DNA of 63,015 nt, filler included, from Kipferlia bialata (Eukaryota), in the NCBI GenBank assembly GCA_003568945.1. It is 5 parts of 4 records of this genome, joined end to end, with 100 filler letters (N's around TTAATTAATTAA, not from the genome) between each part and the next. Parts side by side here need not be neighbours in the genome. Positions count along the whole stretch, not along the records: positions 16,317 to 32,528 come from BDIP01000625.1; positions 32,629 to 48,812 come from BDIP01000627.1; 3 more parts are not named here. One strand, given 5' to 3'. This document shows positions 26,674 through 36,400 of the stretch, piece by piece. Under the pieces are notes generated by a model, which saw only the letters and a list, made by a program, of their open reading frames with translations, was not told the DNA's origin and ran no database searches. The translations under genes and the position numbers were made by a program. Positions within the stretch are counted from its first letter, which is position 1; each line of letters starts with the position of its first letter.

Positions 26674-27378
26674 ATGTCAGAACCAGTTACAATCACAGAG
26701 ATCAAGCCAGTGTGTCCATTGTGCGTCAACGCTCCCACAGAGGACCAGCCGGATGTATTTATCCCAACCCTCGCCACATACAAACGCAAACCCGTTGCCT
26801 CCTCCTACGAGGAGATTCTGTCTGAGGGAATACTAGACACCACTAGAACCACATTCGATAGCGCCATCGAGGAATACGTACTCCTACCTCGTGGAAAGGT
26901 GTTTTCGCTCAAGGTCGAGGGCCTTAACATCGACGCGGAGGCCGTGGACAGAATCATCAAACACAACCTCATTCAGAACGCCTTTGCCGATTGCGAAGAC
27001 TTTGATGACAGTATTAGGGAACTGGATGCCCCAATACCACTCCCACTTCGCGTTAACACCTACATGGACATTGCCGAAAGGTATGAGGGACTGAGTGGAG
27101 AGACTCGCAAACTCATTGTCCTCTCCCACTTCGACCACATGGTGGACGCCGAGAAGCCCTCCCTAGATCTCATTTCATCCATGATAGAGTGGAATATCTC
27201 CCTAAAGAGAGGCACAGCGTCTGCCAACTACAACGTAGCCCGTGGCGGTTGCTTTGGATGCTGCAGACCCGATGACAAGAAGCGTGACGCATTCCGTAGG
27301 CGCGTCGCCCGTGAGAATCAAGAGCATGAACGTACCCTGTCAAAACGCAAGTTTCGGCTGGAACACGATAGTGCCTAA
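26674..27378 (+). CDS. Viral hypothetical protein (N-terminal CxxC, GGCFGCC motif, basic C-terminus)
   Basis: Intact 234-aa ORF; has the shared upstream motif. Confidence 0.7.
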   Translation: MSEPVTITEIKPVCPLCVNAPTEDQPDVFIPTLATYKRKPVASSYEEILSEGILDTTRTTFDSAIEEYVLLPRGKVFSLKVEGLNIDAEAVDRIIKHNLIQNAFADCEDFDDSIRELDAPIPLPLRVNTYMDIAERYEGLSGETRKLIVLSHFDHMVDAEKPSLDLISSMIEWNISLKRGTASANYNVARGGCFGCCRPDDKKRDAFRRRVARENQEHERTLSKRKFRLEHDSA

Positions 27379-27428
27379 TGTACGCCTAATCATACCCGAT
27401 CGAGATGAGGGGTATACGCTGTTGTGTA

Positions 27429-27500
27429 GTGATGTCTACTAGTGTCGCCGCGTGTCGTTTCATGACGTCCGGTGATGTCGAGTGTCGCCGGGTGTCGTCG
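27429..27500 (+). repeat. Imperfect direct repeat / TGTCG iterons in the viral intergenic region
   Basis: gtgatgtc(tact)agtgtcgccgcgtgtcgt at 27429-27458 and gtgatgtc(g)agtgtcgccgggtgtcgt at 27472-27498. Confidence 0.75.
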
Positions 27501-27658
27501 GGAGCTATATTTTTCTAGTCATTTATCCGTATTTATTTTTCCCTACGCGGTTATTTTTCTGCCACAGGAATAATTGGTAACACTTGTACACCACTTCGCG
27601 TGTAAAGAAAATCCGCGTAAAAGTCTTGTCGGCTGTATTTTTACCTCTATAAAGGGTC

Positions 27659-28381
27659 ATGCCCAAGCTTACCATTCGAGACAAGGATTCTTCCTTCATC
27701 ACCGACTCGTTGTTCTTCGACGACCACGAGCATATGAAACACGTATTCACATACGGTGGACTACTGCTACAGATAGCTGTATGCATCGGAGTGTACGGCA
27801 TCTACGGCTCTCGCAGCACGCATCTCCAAACGGACGTCCTGAAAATTGGAGTCACGTATATGTTGAACTGCATCGCGGTAGACAGCTATTACTCTCTCTA
27901 CGGGTCTCTATTGACCCTGGCATTCGGGTTTGCTTACCAGTACCTATTTATGCTCGAGCCTATACGCAAGAACGCATCGCTTACGAAGACCTCTGGCCTA
28001 ATGCCATTCAATATCTCCACAGCTCTGCTCGGAATCGCCACCATGGTCACTCTCAAGATCGACAGCGACACGTCGTCGTGGCTATTCGCCGTTCACAACA
28101 TCCACACTCTTATTTGGCTGTTAGTGTGCGCGATAAAGGTGGACGCGATGCATAACAGTGAAGCAGTATGGGAGAAGTACAAGCTAACGTGTACCATCAC
28201 CGCTCAGGCTGTTCTGTCGGTCGCCATTGGGGTTTTCTACGCCACTGGTCGTGGATATGTGAGCTATTTCATCATGACTCTCATTGAACTGCTGCCCATG
28301 TTTGTCTATATCGTCATGACCCATAGATTGGTTCCTAGAACGGTTTTGGCCACCATTAAACCCCAGGTCGCGGTGGTGTGA
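27659..28381 (+). CDS. Viral multi-pass membrane protein (~7 TM)
   Basis: 240 aa with about seven hydrophobic segments; the last is YVSYFIMTLIELLPMFVYIVM. Confidence 0.75.
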   Translation: MPKLTIRDKDSSFITDSLFFDDHEHMKHVFTYGGLLLQIAVCIGVYGIYGSRSTHLQTDVLKIGVTYMLNCIAVDSYYSLYGSLLTLAFGFAYQYLFMLEPIRKNASLTKTSGLMPFNISTALLGIATMVTLKIDSDTSSWLFAVHNIHTLIWLLVCAIKVDAMHNSEAVWEKYKLTCTITAQAVLSVAIGVFYATGRGYVSYFIMTLIELLPMFVYIVMTHRLVPRTVLATIKPQVAVV

Positions 28382-28445
28382 GTGTTTTCGAAAAATGGAA
28401 AACGAAATTAATTTTCAGATATTTTTATTCCCCTTAAAGAGCACG

Positions 28446-28847
28446 ATGAAAGCAACACAGCCAGCCACCTACGAAGAATGCATCTCTATCTACCTTGCGA
28501 AATGCAAGAAGAAGGGGATCGCGCCACAGACCAATACCCTCATCAACAAACTCAGCAAGTACCAGAAACAATATCGTGAGGCGCATGATGGAGCCAAAGA
28601 CCCCGTCCTCGGCGCGTATATCACGGAGCTGAATAAGATAAAGCCCAAGGCACAGACCAAACAGTCAACCAACCCCACAGGAATCATTTCCAAGATGTTC
28701 CCATCCACTGAACCCGCCGCTGGAGATGGGGTCGGAAGCGCTGAAACCGGTGAACACCTTAGGGCTCTGCTAAAGAGAGCCGAGACTCTTACGGCGGAGC
28801 TTTCCGACGTAAATAAGGCTATAATGGATGTGATGGGTTTCCGCTAG
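28446..28847 (+). CDS. Small protein homologous to the N-terminal (core-binding) region of the adjacent tyrosine recombinase; no catalytic domain
   Basis: Start placed at ATG 28446 because the shared motif lies at 28421. GIAPQTNTLINKLSKYQ...GAKDPVLGAYITELNKI aligns with GLATSTVAKHLSAFQ...GKKNPELSQTITKYNRM of 28911-29981. Confidence 0.65.
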   Translation: MKATQPATYEECISIYLAKCKKKGIAPQTNTLINKLSKYQKQYREAHDGAKDPVLGAYITELNKIKPKAQTKQSTNPTGIISKMFPSTEPAAGDGVGSAETGEHLRALLKRAETLTAELSDVNKAIMDVMGFR

Positions 28848-28910
28848 ATATTTTTACAACCTAAAATAGAAATTGGGTTTCTAGAAGATTTTTTTATATA
28901 CGTAAATAGT

Positions 28911-29981
28911 ATGGCTCCACAGACACTCCCCGAAGGACACGTTGAAGCAGTTGCGACAGCACAAGCGCACAGATCGGCTGCTAAAGCCAAAACACTCCGT
29001 GAGTACGAAAGAATCGTTGAACCCTACGGCGAAGACTGGCAAGCGATGATTGACCACCATACAGCGGCGGGACTCGCCACCTCGACCGTCGCGAAGCATT
29101 TGAGCGCCTTTCAACACGCGCATGTCGCGAAATATGGCAAGAAAAACCCAGAACTGAGTCAGACAATCACCAAATATAACAGAATGAACGACCAGACCAC
29201 GATGGATACTGGTAATCCAAACACAAAGACCTATAGACTGTACACCGAGGCCGAAGTGCACGGATGGTATGGTAGTCTCAGGACTAGACTCGATTCCGCG
29301 AAGAGTGATACCAGAAAGGAGTCAGTGATGCGGGATCTCCTCCTCTTCTGGTGCGTGTTCATCGGTGGCGCGACCCGAAGAGCTGGTGGTTACGCGAAGC
29401 CCAATTTCGTCGACCTACAGACATGGACTCTCAATATATACCATTGTAAAGGCAGTGAAGAGAAGGGAAGCAGTGTAATTTCCATCAACGACACCGAGAG
29501 ATACAATGAGTACAATTTCTCCCAGACAGACATGGACTCCATCCGCGAGACTCTCCAGACTCACTTTGCGGGGAAGTCTCCAGTGTACATAAACACTAGC
29601 CCACAGAGTGTGACTAAGGCGTTCAAGCGCATCACTGCGAACAGTACCACGCTCTCTGAGGCCCGGAAGAACGTGTGCACCCAACTTTACTACAACAGGC
29701 CCGGGACATATACACTTTATGCCAAGGAGTTTGGGCATTCCGCCTCTACGCACGCGAATTTCTATATTCTAAGGGAGGCACACCGTCTGAGTCTGTCTCC
29801 AGAGCCGGAAAGGGTACCTGAACCCGAACCACAGAGAGATACCACACCCCCTCCTCCATCCTCTGCATCGTCTTCTCCGGAACCAGCCCAAGGGGTCACC
29901 ATCAATTGTGAGGACGGCAGGAGTGTATCCCTGAGCGCGGATAAATTCGACAAGCTGTTACTGCTACTCGGTAAGCTGTAA
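28911..29981 (+). CDS. Tyrosine recombinase (PLV/virophage OLV11-like), copy 1
   Basis: Catalytic residues in order: TRR(AGGY), HCKG, SEARK, FGHSASTHANFY. Confidence 0.8.
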   Translation: MAPQTLPEGHVEAVATAQAHRSAAKAKTLREYERIVEPYGEDWQAMIDHHTAAGLATSTVAKHLSAFQHAHVAKYGKKNPELSQTITKYNRMNDQTTMDTGNPNTKTYRLYTEAEVHGWYGSLRTRLDSAKSDTRKESVMRDLLLFWCVFIGGATRRAGGYAKPNFVDLQTWTLNIYHCKGSEEKGSSVISINDTERYNEYNFSQTDMDSIRETLQTHFAGKSPVYINTSPQSVTKAFKRITANSTTLSEARKNVCTQLYYNRPGTYTLYAKEFGHSASTHANFYILREAHRLSLSPEPERVPEPEPQRDTTPPPPSSASSSPEPAQGVTINCEDGRSVSLSADKFDKLLLLLGKL

Positions 29982-30004
29982 TGAGAGTATTTTTATACCT
30001 ATAA

Positions 30005-31258
30005 ATGAGACCAGACAACCCAGACTACAAGTTTTACACTCAAATTTACAGGCAGATCGCTGCCAATCGGGATGTCGAGATCAGCAACCAGGCTGGGCTT
30101 GACTCGGTTACCATCAACAATTACGCGAAAGTACTCCTCAATTATATTAAAGGCGACATCGAGTTGTCCAAAAGAACCCTTCGTAGTCCCAAGAAGTTCG
30201 TTTCACATCTCATGGAGGACGACGAGTGCGCTCTCTCAACCAAGAAGACAATTCTGTGCGCCCTACTCGCTTATAGCAACTACGCGCCGATTCGGAAGAG
30301 TATGCGGGTGATCACAACTCAAATCAATGCCCTCTATGACAAGCGTGGCTATGTCGGTAAGAGACAGAAACTAATTACCAAATCCGAGGTACACCAGTGG
30401 TTTGACAGAGTGGTGGAGAACGCCGTAGACAAAGATGGATATCAGAAGTTTGTCTTGTTCTGGCTGCTCTTTATGAATATGCCGAGGCGTAATGGGGCAT
30501 ATAATATGAGTGAAGCTAATAAAAAGAGGTGGAAAGGGAAATATAAGGCCATGCTTATGGCTGGAAACGAACACTCGTATGGGCTCTGTAATTTCCTCGA
30601 CCTCGACGAGATGTGCTTGACTCTGCACACGTACAAGACGTGTAAGGTGTATGGTACGGTAACGCTGAAGCTACGCGATTACAAGACTTATAACGTGTAT
30701 GATCTGGACACCAAGGTAGCCGACAGAGTAATACAGGAGTACAAGAAGAAATATTACAAGGTCGGGGAGCCGATCTGGACATGGAGTGGCCAAGTGGGTA
30801 GGTCGCGGCTGGTGTCCATTACATGCAAGGGGGTCTCTTACAACATCGTGCGCAAGGGTTTAGCTAGTCAATATATCTATAGCTCGAAGCTACTGCAGCG
30901 TGTAGCGTACGAGATGGGACACACGATGCGTACTCACATGGGAGTCTATCTTTTGTCTGAGGAATACGAAAAACAACAGGAACAGAGTGAAACCAAGCCC
31001 GACAGGCGTGCCCCAGAGGAACACAAGGACCGTAAGCATGGTATGGAAGAGTCAGAGGCAGAGCCGAGTGAGAGTAGTGAGTCTGTGGATTGGAATCTAG
31101 ACGTTAGAGACCCAACGGAACCGAAGGAGACGCCAGTCCAAAAAGAAGAGAGTAGTGTTTCGGAGCCAGAGCCAGAGCCCGAACCGATACGTAAGAGAAC
31201 CAATCCACGGCCGCAGAGGCGATTTGCACGCAAGCGCTATACAGGGAAGCATATGTAG
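30005..31258 (+). CDS. Tyrosine recombinase (PLV/virophage OLV11-like), copy 2
   Basis: MPRRNGAY, HTYKTCKVYG, YNIVRKG, MGHTMRTHMGVY; acidic tail followed by a basic, NLS-like end. Confidence 0.85.
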   Translation: MRPDNPDYKFYTQIYRQIAANRDVEISNQAGLDSVTINNYAKVLLNYIKGDIELSKRTLRSPKKFVSHLMEDDECALSTKKTILCALLAYSNYAPIRKSMRVITTQINALYDKRGYVGKRQKLITKSEVHQWFDRVVENAVDKDGYQKFVLFWLLFMNMPRRNGAYNMSEANKKRWKGKYKAMLMAGNEHSYGLCNFLDLDEMCLTLHTYKTCKVYGTVTLKLRDYKTYNVYDLDTKVADRVIQEYKKKYYKVGEPIWTWSGQVGRSRLVSITCKGVSYNIVRKGLASQYIYSSKLLQRVAYEMGHTMRTHMGVYLLSEEYEKQQEQSETKPDRRAPEEHKDRKHGMEESEAEPSESSESVDWNLDVRDPTEPKETPVQKEESSVSEPEPEPEPIRKRTNPRPQRRFARKRYTGKHM

Positions 31259-31261
31259 GGC

Positions 31262-31591
31262 TTAGAAGTAGACACGATCGTGAACGTCTGTTTTTCCCGT
31301 TTCTTTCCGGTAACAGAAACGGAACTCGGTGTCACCTGGGGTGTACGCGATAAAGGCGACACTGGCCCTTAGACTCTTCTCTTTTGCGTCGTCATAGTCG
31401 GGAAAGAACGTTTCTAGGGAGTCACCGACGTAATATACGTTGAGATATACCGATTCGGAGTTCATGTCGATGTCGTAGCTACGGAACAGTCTGAAATCTT
31501 TCTGGTACCGTTTCACATATCTTCTTGCGTTCGCTAGGAGACGTACCTTCTCGCTGTTGTCGAATTCACTGGTGAGGTTGATCTTGGCCAT
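31262..31591 (-). CDS. Viral hypothetical protein
   Basis: Intact 109-aa ORF, convergent with recombinase 2; has the shared upstream motif. Confidence 0.65.
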   Translation of the reverse strand: MAKINLTSEFDNSEKVRLLANARRYVKRYQKDFRLFRSYDIDMNSESVYLNVYYVGDSLETFFPDYDDAKEKSLRASVAFIAYTPGDTEFRFCYRKETGKTDVHDRVYF

Positions 31592-31650
31592 TCCTTTCTA
31601 GAAATAAAAATATAGAATATGAAAATGGTTTTCGAATTATTGTGTCAGAG

Positions 31651-32334
31651 TCACTGGAATTCACTCGCCGGGTCTACGTACATGTTGTCCTCCGCATCGA
31701 GGAGGAAGTACGGCAGGTCAGGCTGAGACTTGTTCACTACGAATTTGTAGAAACGCTTCTTCTTAATGGTGGAATAGAACCGCTGTATATCTTTCTTGTC
31801 ACCGTATCCGGACAGTAGTTGTTTCCAGAGACGTGTGAACACGAGGCTGTGAGTCGTTTTGTAGATGATAAAGAGGTTGTAGAGGGAGAATGACGCGTTA
31901 TTAATGAACTCCAGATGATGCACGAGGTTGAATATAGTGTTGCGATTGTTTCGAGCCACTTCAATTATCTCTGTCGCCGCCTTCATATCTTCTTTTCCGA
32001 GGTCGTCGAAAATCATGATTGAGTCCGTTGTATTTCTAATGACATCTAGGTGCGCGGTGAGTGATTTATATCTTTGTACGATGGGTATCTCACCGTAGTT
32101 GTAGGCTATATCAGAGTACTGTTCGACTGTCGGGCCTACGATGACAATTGCGCGGTTAGGCTCCTGTTTCAATAGGGTGTCGAGAAGGCGTTTCAGCCAC
32201 TGTGATTTGCCTGAGCCGGGTTCTCCGAGGACGAGAGCCACTTGGTAGATGTTCTCTGTGTCTTCTGACTCGAGTAGCTTCACTGTATTTTCCATGTTGA
32301 CCTCTAGGTCCTCTGGTTCGATGTTGGAAGTCAT
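31651..32334 (-). CDS. A32-like (FtsK-HerA) genome-packaging ATPase
   Basis: Walker A GEPGSGKS, Walker B IMIFDD, and arginine-finger/sensor segment ARNNRNTIFNLVH; 227 aa; capsid gene context. Confidence 0.88.
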   Translation of the reverse strand: MTSNIEPEDLEVNMENTVKLLESEDTENIYQVALVLGEPGSGKSQWLKRLLDTLLKQEPNRAIVIVGPTVEQYSDIAYNYGEIPIVQRYKSLTAHLDVIRNTTDSIMIFDDLGKEDMKAATEIIEVARNNRNTIFNLVHHLEFINNASFSLYNLFIIYKTTHSLVFTRLWKQLLSGYGDKKDIQRFYSTIKKKRFYKFVVNKSQPDLPYFLLDAEDNMYVDPASEFQ

Positions 32335-32528
32335 GTTTTAACGGCTAAAAATCTCTCCAAACGTATGCGGTGGGATAAACTGGTGTACGACGCCGTGGGT
32401 CATGGGACGTGCCATTGATGTAGTAAAAATATTCCCTATGAAACTAGTTTTCGTTTTGTGCCGTTGGGGCCAATCGGGTAAGGACATGTGCGTAGTTGGT
32501 TGCGGCATTTTATTCTCGGTACTCAATT

Positions 32529-32628
32529 NNNNNNNNNNNNNNNNNNNNNNNNNNNNNNNNNNNNNNNNNNNNTTAATTAATTAANNNNNNNNNNNNNNNN
32601 NNNNNNNNNNNNNNNNNNNNNNNNNNNN
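32529..32628. other. Artificial contig spacer
   Basis: N-TTAATTAATTAA-N. Confidence 0.97.
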
Positions 32629-32743
32629 CCTCTGTGTAGGGTATGTACTGACGCAGAGACTCCATCATGGCTGGGGTGAGAGCGAAAGTGTGTATGTACT
32701 ATGACCTCCATATGTTGATACAGTTATTCAACATATAGGTGGG

Positions 32744-33151
32744 TCATACTAAAAATATACCTGAGCCTTCACGGATTGCTTCGATGGATATAGGAGCCTC
32801 GTAGGACCCTGGCACTGGGACCCCAAAGAGCAGCTCCTTGCAAGAACCCAGTCCAGCCTCCGCGAGGCGCTCTGCAGTATCAGTGTCCAGTATTGCCTCT
32901 GTCCTCAGCATATGCCTTCTCACAGGGGGTATCACAAGCTCAATGGCCTTGTACAGCTCCTGGTCACCAAGACCAAGCAGCTGTAGGCGCCTGTATGCTG
33001 CAATGTAGATTGGCACAAAGTAGCAAGGCCAGGCATTGCCAGAGCCGAGACTCACTTGCGCAAATATGTTGGTCTCCTCCCCATACTCGTTGACCCTATC
33101 GTCTGGGCTGCCATCTGGGTTGGTGCGGAAGAAGCAGATGTCCCTGCCCAT
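32744..33151 (-). CDS. Hypothetical protein (single exon, 135 aa)
   Basis: Clean ATG-to-stop ORF with normal globular composition; no motif recognised. Confidence 0.55.
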   Translation of the reverse strand: MGRDICFFRTNPDGSPDDRVNEYGEETNIFAQVSLGSGNAWPCYFVPIYIAAYRRLQLLGLGDQELYKAIELVIPPVRRHMLRTEAILDTDTAERLAEAGLGSCKELLFGVPVPGSYEAPISIEAIREGSGIFLV

Positions 33152-33451
33152 CTAGTGTTGAGAGGACGGAATAGACGGTTCAGTGAATAGATGAACGCAA
33201 CAACACTGTGAAAGAGAGGCTACTGTGGCTAAGAAGTGAATGCCCAATTTCTACAGTTGAGTTCACTTCGTACTATTGATGGCTTAACAGTGACAGTGTC
33301 CAAAGAGATAGAAACCCTCATCTTCTAACAGTGCGGCAACAGTAGCAGTGCCGCTATATCAATCCAGAGTCAATACAGATACATATTAGCAGAGATTTTT
33401 ATCCATAGTGGGGCACTCTTAACCCTCGACGCCCCAGATTGAGGAGGTATA

Positions 33452-36400
33452 ATGTTACGCCCTCCACCGAGGCCCAAGCGCACCCTGGACAGTACTCTGG
33501 TGAGTGACTCTACAGTGTTCTATTCTTAGAACAGAGTGTTGTTTGTAACTAGTTTCCTCATTATTTCGTGTGCTAGTCACTCACGGCAATCGTTGCACAC
33601 CCTATAGTCTAACACTGATACATTTTACCGTGTCACTTACCCAGACCCCCCACACCATCCTAGCAGCCTACCTAGTTTGGTCTCTGCTTTGCCTCTTCTG
33701 GTTCCATGTGATTGGATCTTACTCTCCCATCGATGGCTGTGTCATGATGTATACTGGACACGCAGTGCACTTGCTTCTTTTGCACACTCAATCACCATGC
33801 AAGATGCCCAAAATGCTCCGAATTGCCCGTATATGGTGGGTAGTGGGAGTGGTTACGACCACCATAGGTGTCACATTGTGTCGTGGTACTACAGATAATG
33901 CACTCACTGGGGTTACAATTGTTTCCTTGCTCCCCCTTGTTCTCTCGTTGTGTGTCCAAAGTGTCGTGACACACAAGGATACTTGGGCAGACACTGTAAC
34001 TCCACACACCAGAATACAGCAGAGCCAGACCGACCGCATGTACCACATTGTGGGGATTGCTGCCTCATCTGTATCAGTATGGTCTCTTGTACACCTCGAG
34101 TCACACCCACACAACAACCTTTGCAAGCCAACAATGTCATTGGGAGCCATACTGGTGTCTTTGAGTGTACTATATCTTCCCATTGTTCCGTATGCCCCCT
34201 TCCTTCGCCTCGCTCTCTTGTTCCACTCCACAGCAGTAGCCCAAGAAGACAAGGTCATGTAACTTCTATATCGTATGACCAGTATCAGAGGCTCTAACCA
34301 TGTCTTATACAATCAATATGTGGTATGTGTGGAGGGTGAGAGAAGCGTACAGATTCCTTGTCATGGTAGGTTAATGTATGAGGTATTCAGTGAAACATAG
34401 TATGTTTAACATACGTAGAAGAGTACAGAATACACTACTCGGTATACATGTCTTAGTATACAAAGCTTAGTTGTTCAACATATACTGATCTCAGGTCATG
34501 CTGGGTCTGTGGCGCCAGTGTCAGCGGTACATGCTGGCTCGAAAGCACTTGACCCTGGGATCTGAGGTGTGGTTGAATGTCTCTCCTGGGTGTTTGTGTC
34601 TGACACACATATACCCGTATATATCTTTGTGATATGTCAATGTGGCTTCCATGTGGTTGTTCTTAAGGGTACTCTTGGCAGTGTCTGACTGCTAGGCCTC
34701 CATGAGATTATAAATGACATCCATTGATAATGATATATGGCTATAGTGGTAACCAAGTAAGTGTTTTGGTCACTTTCTGAAACATTTATTAACTTATAGG
34801 CCCGCAAGGAGGTTGTGCATGACATCCACAAGACAGTGCGGCAGGGTCTGGTGTGTGACCCAACGGAGATACCCTCCTGTCTCTCTGCTATGGTCACGTT
34901 CACACATGACATAGAGGAGCAAGAGAGACACCTTACCAAGGTTACATCCTACCTAGTCTTCCATAACCCGTACCCTCTCCCATCTGCCTGTGACTCTATG
35001 GACAAGAGGATAGGCGCAGTCAATATGCTGGAGTATCTGTGGCTGAGTGTGCTGAGACGCCTGTCCATCAAGTTTGGTGGTAGGTGCAGTGCATACATGA
35101 TCGATAGTGCCATTAGGGTGAGGAAGAAGGCACTACGTACTGTTGTTCCTCTCCCCTGGATCAGGACGTCTGCTTCAGTACTCGGACAGACAGTGACCAG
35201 TGCAGATGAGCTATTACAAGTCTTACAGGTACGTTGTTGAGTTACCGGCAGTTACTGTAAACACTGTACTGCTTCTGAAAGCCACTAACCTTCAGGCCCT
35301 AGCGATGTATCCTGCTTTCAGCTGCTACCACCACAGGCTGAAGGACCTGGCCTCCTCTGTCATATCTCATACTCTCTACAGAGAGGCAGACAGGAAGGCT
35401 AGTCAGGTAAAGACCCTTCTATACCCGTATACTTTTCAATGAGTGATGTATAACAAATGAACTTGAAGCATAACACTCTTAGGACCTTTCGTCTTCTTTT
35501 CGTATACAATGCATACACTCTCATACATTGTTCTGTTAATGTAATCCCACTTACTGAGTCTCATTCCAGGTCCTAACCTGGGAGTATCACAGCAGTGCCG
35601 TAGAGCTGGACAGACCACCAGCACCAGAGGAGGCCACGTCTCCACCCAACCTCAAGGCTGTCAGACAGCCAATGTCTGACGCTAGAGCTGACACATCAAT
35701 GTGGTGGTCACCAGCAGTGGAGGAGTCGGACATTACTCCCAATGACTTTGAGTCTACTCTGGCTGATGAGTACGGAATGCCCTGCTCAGGTAGTATATAC
35801 TATATATAGTCCATGTACCCTTAGTACTCCAATATTCTCTGTGTATGCATATGTTGATACACCCAATTTCCAACGAAGCATGCGTTTGATCTTAACCACA
35901 TGTGTTTATGTATGATTGTACAATCCTTCTTCGGTCTCACGGTAGCCAGCATGGTGAGCATGGACGGCCTTCTGTCCAAGGACCTCATCGAGTCAGACTA
36001 CGTACAGCACACCACCCGCCCTGTGTTTGCACACACCAACAACATCCGCCCTCCCCGTCTATCATGGATGCTGATAGTGCCAACAGGTACCATAGAAGCT
36101 TGATATATATATACTCAGTACTCTTTCAAATGTCCTGAAGTGTACAGTGAGACTCAATGACAGATATGGAGTCGTTTATACACTTAGTGGGATGGAAATC
36201 CACACTGACACAACAACTATTGCTTTAGTCACCCCAGACCCTGACAGGCTGTCTGATGGATATATATTGACATAATCTTAACACCTACTGCAATTCACTC
36301 TCAGACCCTGACAAGTTGTCTGAGATCAAGGTCAAGGTCGATATTTATTGATTTAATGGATATTGACATCATCTTAACACCTACTGCAATTGACCCTCAG

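Larger units (their letters stand above)
22647..32528. mobile_element. Endogenous Polinton-like virus (tyrosine-recombinase type); right end truncated by the contig end
   Basis: Abrupt change to intronless, microsatellite-free, CpG-containing, tightly packed ORFs encoding a DJR major capsid, penton, A32-like ATPase and two tyrosine recombinases. Left boundary inferred from the interrupted BPI exon. Confidence 0.88.

Noticed and set aside
27574..28155. 193-aa overlapping ORF and other antisense ORFs within the virus
   Set aside because: Alternative-frame shadows of stronger genes; non-ATG starts or no upstream motif
27659..28381. Viral rhodopsin hypothesis for the 7-TM protein
   Set aside because: No retinal-binding Lys (DxxxK) in helix 7
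28395..28445. Upstream ATG at 28395 for the small recombinase-related ORF
   Set aside because: The extension spans the shared upstream motif; ATG 28446 fits the pattern of the other genes
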